Assembly (NCBI GenBank): GCA_900550345.1
Contig: URRX01000001.1
Coordinates: 1 to 32,654 of the forward strand
Direction: 5' to 3'
Origin: an uncultured Anaerococcus sp.
GTDB taxonomy: Bacteria; Bacillota; Clostridia; Tissierellales; Peptoniphilaceae
Length of the DNA stretch: 32,654 nt
The notes under the pieces were generated by a model. That model did no database searches and was not told the DNA's origin. It saw nothing but the letters and a program-made list of their open reading frames with translations. Shown here piece by piece: positions 27,533 through 32,654 of the stretch (positions within the stretch are counted from its first letter, which is position 1; each line of letters starts with the position of its first letter). The position numbers and the translations under genes were made by a program.

Positions 27533-27694
27533 TTGGACAATGACTGGAATGGATTGGCTGATTTAATAGCAAATCTGATTGCAAAATATGCTGGTGCTTT
27601 AGATTTAGATAATCTGCCCGATCCAACGCCAGCAAAAAATCAAGAGATGAAAAATAGTTTTGACAAGGCAAAAACACAAATTGAGACGGACTAA
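27533..27694 (+). CDS. Small hypothetical protein (53 aa) upstream of the recombinase
   Basis: TTG start after GAGGAGGT: MDNDWNGLADLIANLIAKYAGALDLDNLPDPTPAKNQEMKNSFDKAKTQIETD*. Confidence 0.7.
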   Translation: MDNDWNGLADLIANLIAKYAGALDLDNLPDPTPAKNQEMKNSFDKAKTQIETD

Positions 27695-27734
27695 TAAAAG
27701 TGTTATAATATACTTGAAATGATAGTCCAAACTT
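27681..27734 (+). promoter_or_regulatory. Recombinase promoter with an att half-site mimic
   Basis: TTGAGA-17 bp-TATAAT with extended TG (27681-27709). ACTTG-AA-ATGATA-GTCCAAACTT (27712-27734) resembles an attP arm. Confidence 0.7.
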
Positions 27735-27791
27735 AAATTAAAAAATCAAAGTTTATATATGATATAGAAAAGTTATATTGAGGTTAATGCT

Positions 27792-29468
27792 ATGTCAAAA
27801 GAAAAAATAAAAGTATACCTCTATACACGAGTATCTACGTCAATACAGATAGAAGGGTATTCGTTAGAGGCACAAAAATCACGAATGAAAGCTTTTGCTA
27901 TTTACAACGATTATGAAATTGTTGGAGAGTATGAAGATGCCGGAAAGTCTGGCAAGTCTATTGAAGGTAGAATACAGTTCAATCGAATGATGGAAGATAT
28001 AAAATCTGGAAAAGATGGAGTATCTTTTGTTCTTGTGTTTAAGTTATCAAGATTTGCAAGAAATGCCGCTGATGTTCTTTCTACACTTCAGATAATGCAG
28101 GATTATGGAGTTAATCTTATCTGCGTTGAAGATGGCATTGATTCATCTAAAGATGCTGGGAAACTAATGATTTCTGTTTTATCAGCTGTGGCTGAAATAG
28201 AAAGAGAAAACATCCGTATTCAAACAATGGAAGGTCGCATTCAAAAAGCAAGGGAAGGAAAATGGAATGGTGGCTTTGCTCCGTATGGATATAAACTTGA
28301 AGATGGCAAGCTGTTTATAAATGAAGAAGAGGCAGTTGCAATAAGAACGATCTTCGACCAGTATGTAAATACTACGATAGGCGCCAATGGGCTATCTAAA
28401 TACTTAGAGAATCATGGAATTAGAAAAATCTCAAGACAGAATGGTAAGAATCCTTTGTTTGATGCAGGTCTTATAAGAAAGATATTAAAGAATCCTGTAT
28501 ATAATGGGAAAATAGCATTTGGAAGAAGAACTTTAGAAAAAGTTCATGGTACAAGAAATGAATATAAGCAGGTTGAACAAGATGAGTATCTAATATCTGA
28601 AGGGATACATGAAGCTATAGTTTCCGATGAAGTTTGGCAAGCTGCTCAGGTTAAGCTAAAATCTCAAGCAAAGAAATATGAGCATGTGAATAAAGGAAAA
28701 GATACACGCACACACTTGCTTTCTGGAATTGTAAAATGCCCGATATGTGGAGTGGGAATGTTTGGAAACAAGTGTACCAAGAAAAAGAAAGATGGCACAA
28801 AATATAAAGATTTTTATTACTATGGTTGTAAACATAGGCAGATGATAAGAGGTCATAAGTGTACTTTCCGTAAGCAAATTAGAGAAGAATTGTTAGATGA
28901 TGCTGTTGCAGAGGTGATTGTAAAGATAGTAAGTAATCCGAAATTTGCTTCTATGATGCAAGAAAAAATCAACATGAAGGTGGATACCTCTGAAATAGAA
29001 AAAGAAATAGATAATTACCAAAAGGAATTGAGGAAGAGTCATTCTACAAAGTTTAAGCTAATTGAGGAAATAGATAATTTAGATGTTGAAGATAAGCATT
29101 ATAAGAGAAGAAAACAGGATTTAGACGATAGACTTTATCGCATGTATGACAAAATAGATGAATTAGAATCATCACTAATTGATGCGAAAGCAAAGAAACA
29201 GACTATTGAAGCTGAAAAACTCACAGGAGATAACATATATAAGGTTCTGATCTATTTTGATAAACTCTATAAAGTCATGAATGATGTAGAGCGTAGGCAG
29301 TTAATTACAGCTTTGATTTCTGAAATTCAAGTTTATGAAGAAAAACAACCTAACGGACAATGGCTAAAATCAATTACTTTCAAGCTCCCAATTATAGACG
29401 ACGACTTGAATATAAGTTTGGACAATGATGAACAAGTTGAAACTATAGCGTTGATACAAAAGATGTAA
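27792..29468 (+). CDS. Large serine recombinase; last 8 aa come from DNA beyond attR
   Basis: YTRVST catalytic Ser, LSRFARN, PYGY, HEAIV, zinc ribbon CPICG...YYYGC...C, coiled coil. Ends in the RumA-like VETIALIQKM. Confidence 0.96.
   Translation: MSKEKIKVYLYTRVSTSIQIEGYSLEAQKSRMKAFAIYNDYEIVGEYEDAGKSGKSIEGRIQFNRMMEDIKSGKDGVSFVLVFKLSRFARNAADVLSTLQIMQDYGVNLICVEDGIDSSKDAGKLMISVLSAVAEIERENIRIQTMEGRIQKAREGKWNGGFAPYGYKLEDGKLFINEEEAVAIRTIFDQYVNTTIGANGLSKYLENHGIRKISRQNGKNPLFDAGLIRKILKNPVYNGKIAFGRRTLEKVHGTRNEYKQVEQDEYLISEGIHEAIVSDEVWQAAQVKLKSQAKKYEHVNKGKDTRTHLLSGIVKCPICGVGMFGNKCTKKKKDGTKYKDFYYYGCKHRQMIRGHKCTFRKQIREELLDDAVAEVIVKIVSNPKFASMMQEKINMKVDTSEIEKEIDNYQKELRKSHSTKFKLIEEIDNLDVEDKHYKRRKQDLDDRLYRMYDKIDELESSLIDAKAKKQTIEAEKLTGDNIYKVLIYFDKLYKVMNDVERRQLITALISEIQVYEEKQPNGQWLKSITFKLPIIDDDLNISLDNDEQVETIALIQKM
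29414..29468 (+). other. attR junction; crossover dinucleotide GA at 29439-29440
   Basis: AAGTTTGGACAA-TGATGAACAAGTT-GA, followed by a rumA-type 3' end in the same codon phase as attL. Confidence 0.88.
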
Positions 29469-29644
29469 ACTTAGAAATCCTGCATTTTAAGCAGTTTTAT
29501 AAGCATTTTGTCTTCGATAAAGATGAAGAAGGATACGTCAAAAAGACCCAAAAAAACTACATGGACGTAAGAGTAGTTTTGCAACTGGTATGAGGAGACA
29601 CAAAGAAAAATATAATAAGATAAAACCCATTTTATACTTTCTAC

Positions 29645-29674
29645 AAGAGTAGCTTAAAAGGCTGCTCTTTTTTT
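29645..29674 (+). terminator. Intrinsic terminator
   Basis: AAGAGTAGC / GCTGCTCTT stem followed by a T run. Confidence 0.75.
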
Positions 29675-29723
29675 CTAAGAAGTGAGTGTATATAAATTTT
29701 AAATATAACTAATAATACAAAAT

Positions 29724-29815
29724 CTGATCTCTGAAATCAGAAGTCCAGACTTCCGAAAATCGGAATTTAAGAACTCCGAATAACAGATTTCTAGAAATCC
29801 GAAAATCGGAGAGTA
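29724..29815. repeat. Four tandem 23-bp iteron-like units (RepA_N-type remnant)
   Basis: CTGATCTCTGAAATCAGAAGTCC / AGACTTCCGAAAATCGGAATTTA / AGAACTCCGAATAACAGATTTCT / AGAAATCCGAAAATCGGAGAGTA. Same unit family as 17636-17704. Confidence 0.8.
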
Positions 29816-29918
29816 ACTATAATAATATTAGTAATATTGAGTTAAGAAAGAATAATTTTAGAAAGGGAGTAAGGATTCGTTACATCCTTTTTCAAAAAAT
29901 GGAAAACTCATAAGTAAC

Positions 29919-29954
29919 TTTACATATTCGCTTTTATAACATATAATAAAAGCG
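29919..29954 (+). promoter_or_regulatory. abiE promoter with overlapping inverted-repeat operator
   Basis: TTTACA-17 bp-TATAAT (29919-29947). CGCTTTTAT / ATAAAAGCG inverted repeat (29929-29954), consistent with AbiEi autorepression. Confidence 0.7.
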
Positions 29955-29974
29955 TAAACGAGAGGAGGCGGACT

Positions 29975-30562
29975 ATGAATACACTTAAAGAATATATCCA
30001 AGAAAATTTAGTAATCACCAACAAAGAAGCAGAAGAACTTGGATATACTAGGCATAATCTATCAGAATTAACAAAAATCGGACAATTAGAAAGATTAAGA
30101 CCAGGTCTATATCAATTAAAAGGAAAAGTAATAGACGATTTTGTTTTAATATCATCAAATAGTAATCGAATTATATTTTCACATCAAACAGCCCTCTATC
30201 TCCACGACCTATCAGATAGAACTCCAAATGTATTTCATATATCTGTGCCCCAAGGCTATAATGCAAGCCATATCAAAAAAAGATATGAGGATCTACAAGT
30301 TCACTATGTAAAAAAAGACTTATACGAACTAGGAAAGACAGAAATAAAATCACCGCAAGGCAACCTTATTCCAGTTTACGATATAGATCGAACAATTTGC
30401 GATATCATAATCGACAGAGAAAAAATAGATAAGCAAATTTTTACAGAAGCCATAAAAAGATACTTTAAATCAGAAAATAAAAATCTAAGACGACTCATAA
30501 AATACAGTAAATTATTTAAAATAGAAAATGAAATTAGAAAATACATGGAGGTATTATCGTGA
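29975..30562 (+). CDS. abiEi: Type IV TA antitoxin AbiEi
   Basis: wHTH (GQLERLRPGLY), SHQTALYLHDLSDRTP, YDIDRTICD. Overlaps the abiEii start. Confidence 0.9.
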   Translation: MNTLKEYIQENLVITNKEAEELGYTRHNLSELTKIGQLERLRPGLYQLKGKVIDDFVLISSNSNRIIFSHQTALYLHDLSDRTPNVFHISVPQGYNASHIKKRYEDLQVHYVKKDLYELGKTEIKSPQGNLIPVYDIDRTICDIIIDREKIDKQIFTEAIKRYFKSENKNLRRLIKYSKLFKIENEIRKYMEVLS

Positions 30563-31199
30563 TTAATATCGAGAGTATAAAGGGCAAGATAAGAAGTCTG
30601 GCAGAGAAGAAAAATACGTTCTTAAAAGCCTTTCTGTATAACATATTTGGGCTTTTTATTTTTGGTGTTTCTTATTTTTTGAAATATGATATAAATAAGA
30701 CTCATACAAAAGAAATATTATTAATATTATTTCTATGTGAGGTTTGTTATTGGTTAACGGTTGTAATTGGATTATTGGTTATTAAGAAGTTAAAAGTTAA
30801 AAAATAAATTTTGGCACCTATTTTACAAAATGATAGGTGCTTTTTTGATTTCAGGAAATCAATGATGGGATATTGGCTAATATAATATGAAGTTGTAGAA
30901 GAAATATAGCAACGACACGAATGAGAGACTTTTACGCCCTATACACCCTCTACAAACTAAAAAAAGATGAGATAAACTATGAAACTTTAAAAAAAGCAAT
31001 AGAAAGAGCCTAAAAGAAAAGAGGAAGTCAGGAGATAATGAAAGACTATGAGGAAATAATCGAGGACATAAAAGAAGATTCATACCTAAGATCCTTGTGG
31101 GAAGTATATCTTAGTGAAAATAAGTACATTGGAGATCTGAAGTTTGATAAAGTTGTTGATGTAGTTATAATTTTATCAAATAGAATTAACGAGATGTAA
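30559..31199 (+). pseudogene. abiEii: Disrupted AbiEii nucleotidyltransferase toxin
   Basis: The N-terminus (MINIESIKGKIRSLAEKKN) is fused to unrelated hydrophobic sequence. A C-terminal remnant at 30900-31199 reads RNIATTRMRDFYALY...AIERA*KKRGS...LWEVY with an internal stop. Confidence 0.85.
30814..30846 (+). terminator. Terminator carried by the insert inside abiEii
   Basis: GCACCTAT / ATAGGTGC stem followed by a T run. Confidence 0.7.
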
Positions 31200-31386
31200 T
31201 TTAACAGACACTGTCTGGCAAATTATAGATAGGAGAAAAGATTTAGAATATTTAAAACAAGGAGATACTGTGAAATTTTGGGAAAAGTAAAACAATAATT
31301 GAGAACCTTATAAATACATAGGAATGTTCATATTTTGTCTTCTAAGCTCTTAAAAGCAAAAGAACAAGTAAAAAAAGTCAAGAAAA

Positions 31387-31482
31387 GATAAAAAGTCCAT
31401 ATTAGGGCAAATAAAAAGCTTTAAGACGGATGATAAAGCTAAGTCAAGTAAGATAGACCATAGCAAAGGTGAAGAGTGGTAA
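31387..31482 (+). pseudogene. C-terminal remnant of a relaxase or other conjugation protein
   Basis: DKKSILGQIKSFKTDDKAKSSKIDHSKGEEW* resembles the 'SI...K-rich...ER' tails of Firmicutes relaxases (compare MobL and PcfB here). Followed by a terminator at 31488-31515. Confidence 0.5.
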
Positions 31483-31626
31483 ATATCGGCAGCCTTCGGA
31501 CTGTCTTTATTTTTTATTTGATTTAACGCAGTGAACCGTACAATTGAAAGGAATCTGTGTTATATGCTATAATTAGGTAGTTAATCTATACATATAGAAA
31601 GGTAAAATATAGAATTGGAGAATGAT

Positions 31627-31848
31627 ATGGGATTTTCATATAATAAATTATGGAAGTTATTAATAGATAAAAATATGAAAAAAACAGACTTACAATGTGC
31701 AATAGCAACAACTCCTAAGACAATAGCCAAGATGGGAAGAGATGAAAATGTAAGTTTGGAAACATTAGGAAAGATTTGTGAGTATTTTCAATGTGATATT
31801 GGAGATATTATTGAATATAAAAATGGAGTTAAGATAAATGATAAATAA
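31627..31848 (+). CDS. Cro/C1-type HTH regulator
   Basis: SYNKLWKLLIDKNMKKTDL...VSLETLGKIC..F.CDIGDIIE. Start is ATG 31627 or TTG 31615. Confidence 0.9.
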   Translation: MGFSYNKLWKLLIDKNMKKTDLQCAIATTPKTIAKMGRDENVSLETLGKICEYFQCDIGDIIEYKNGVKINDK

Positions 31849-31939
31849 TACTCTTACCTATATTTCTTTATTTTCATCAGCAGGAGTTGGTTGCTATGGA
31901 TATAAACAAGAGGTGTTTCAAGGGGAGGTGATAATTTGA
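31838..31939 (+). pseudogene. 5' fragment of a DNA cytosine-5 methyltransferase
   Basis: MINNTLTYISLFSSAGVGCYGYKQE is C5-MTase motif I-like. The frame stops after 33 codons. Confidence 0.7.
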
Positions 31940-32654
31940 TAGTAAGTCAAAATTCAAAAGATGTAATTAAGATATTTCAAAATATAAAAGATATACCTAT
32001 AAGTACAAATTTAGATGACGGGAATTTAAATATTTTTATGTGTCCAATAAATGCTAGGAAATTTGATTATAATCAAATTTCCTTAGTATTAGTAGATTCT
32101 GTAATTGATTATGCTATATCCAAGAAAAATATAACAAAATATCAAAATAAGCCTGGAAGATTATCACAAATTGCACGTAAAAAGTTTAAAGAATACTTGA
32201 ATAATACAGGTGAATTAGGTGAATTGCTTTTATATTGTTTTTTAGAGGGTCATTTAAATGCCCCTAAAATTTTAACAAAAATGGAGATGAAAACATCTAA
32301 CAAAATGTATGTCAATGGATCAGATGGAGTGCATCTTTTGAGTAATTGTGACGGAACATATAAACTTATATTTGGGGAATCTAAGTTATATAAAAATATA
32401 TCAGATGCTTTATATGAAGCATTTAAATCTATAAATGATTTTATTAATGAGATAAATACTAGTGGAGAAAATAAAAGTGGTATAAATTATGAAAAAGATT
32501 TAATATCATCAAATATTGATAATTTTGAGTTGAGTGATGAGGATAAGGCTATATTAGAATTTATAATATATCCATCTAAAAATGAGAAAAAATTGCACAT
32601 AGACGATGCTTTTTCTATTTTTATTGGTTATGAAATAGATATATCAGAAGAGAC
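31936..32654 (+). CDS. hamA: Hachiman HamA-like (DUF1837) nuclease, 3' end off the window
   Basis: TTG start after GGGGAGGTG. GELGELLLYCFLE, APKILTKME.KT, GSDGVH, IFGESKLY are DUF1837 PD-(D/E)xK motifs. Not in the ORF track. Confidence 0.82.
   Translation, partial: MIVSQNSKDVIKIFQNIKDIPISTNLDDGNLNIFMCPINARKFDYNQISLVLVDSVIDYAISKKNITKYQNKPGRLSQIARKKFKEYLNNTGELGELLLYCFLEGHLNAPKILTKMEMKTSNKMYVNGSDGVHLLSNCDGTYKLIFGESKLYKNISDALYEAFKSINDFINEINTSGENKSGINYEKDLISSNIDNFELSDEDKAILEFIIYPSKNEKKLHIDDAFSIFIGYEIDISEE

Larger units (their letters stand above)
12447..29440 (+). mobile_element. Integrative mobilizable element (16,994 bp) in the 3' end of rumA
   Basis: Symmetric att arms at both ends, large serine recombinase, MOBQ relaxase with oriT, PcfB, replisome organizer. 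No VirB4 or coupling protein. Confidence 0.9.
29441..32654 (+). mobile_element. Eroded second element or defence island in tandem at rumA (continues off the window)
   Basis: Orphan iterons, abiE locus, relaxase-like C-terminal remnant, HTH, truncated methyltransferase and HamA. No housekeeping gene follows the rumA tail. Confidence 0.65.

Noticed and set aside
30559..30807. 82-aa ORF as an intact gene
   Set aside because: It is a chimera of the abiEii N-terminus and inserted sequence.

Overview
Low-GC Firmicutes chromosomal segment (the gene set suggests an Anaerococcus/Peptoniphilaceae-type anaerobic coccus; this is inference). Positions 1-12.4 kb are host housekeeping genes: the 5' end of a GT4 glycosyltransferase, dnaJ-like (class II)/clpB with a CtsR box, nrdD/nrdG with tandem NrdR boxes, lemA, a TPM-domain gene, a nuclease-fused DinG helicase and rumA/rlmD. 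The nrdD-nrdG spacer holds a long hairpin and an IS1182-like MITE. A 16,994-bp integrative mobilizable element (12447-29440) is inserted in the 3' end of rumA. It carries a MOBQ relaxase with oriT, PcfB, a replisome organizer, a large serine recombinase and cargo (VOC protein, membrane protein, SAM methyltransferase, an ABC/ECF/AraC cassette). The two junctions rebuild a symmetric 52-bp attP that lies inside the recombinase reading frame, so integration and excision swap a 101-aa C-terminal domain in frame between the recombinase and host RumA. Right of attR is what appears to be an older, eroded element: orphan iterons, intact abiEi, broken abiEii, a relaxase-like tail, an HTH gene, a truncated C5-methyltransferase and a Hachiman HamA-like gene that runs off the window.
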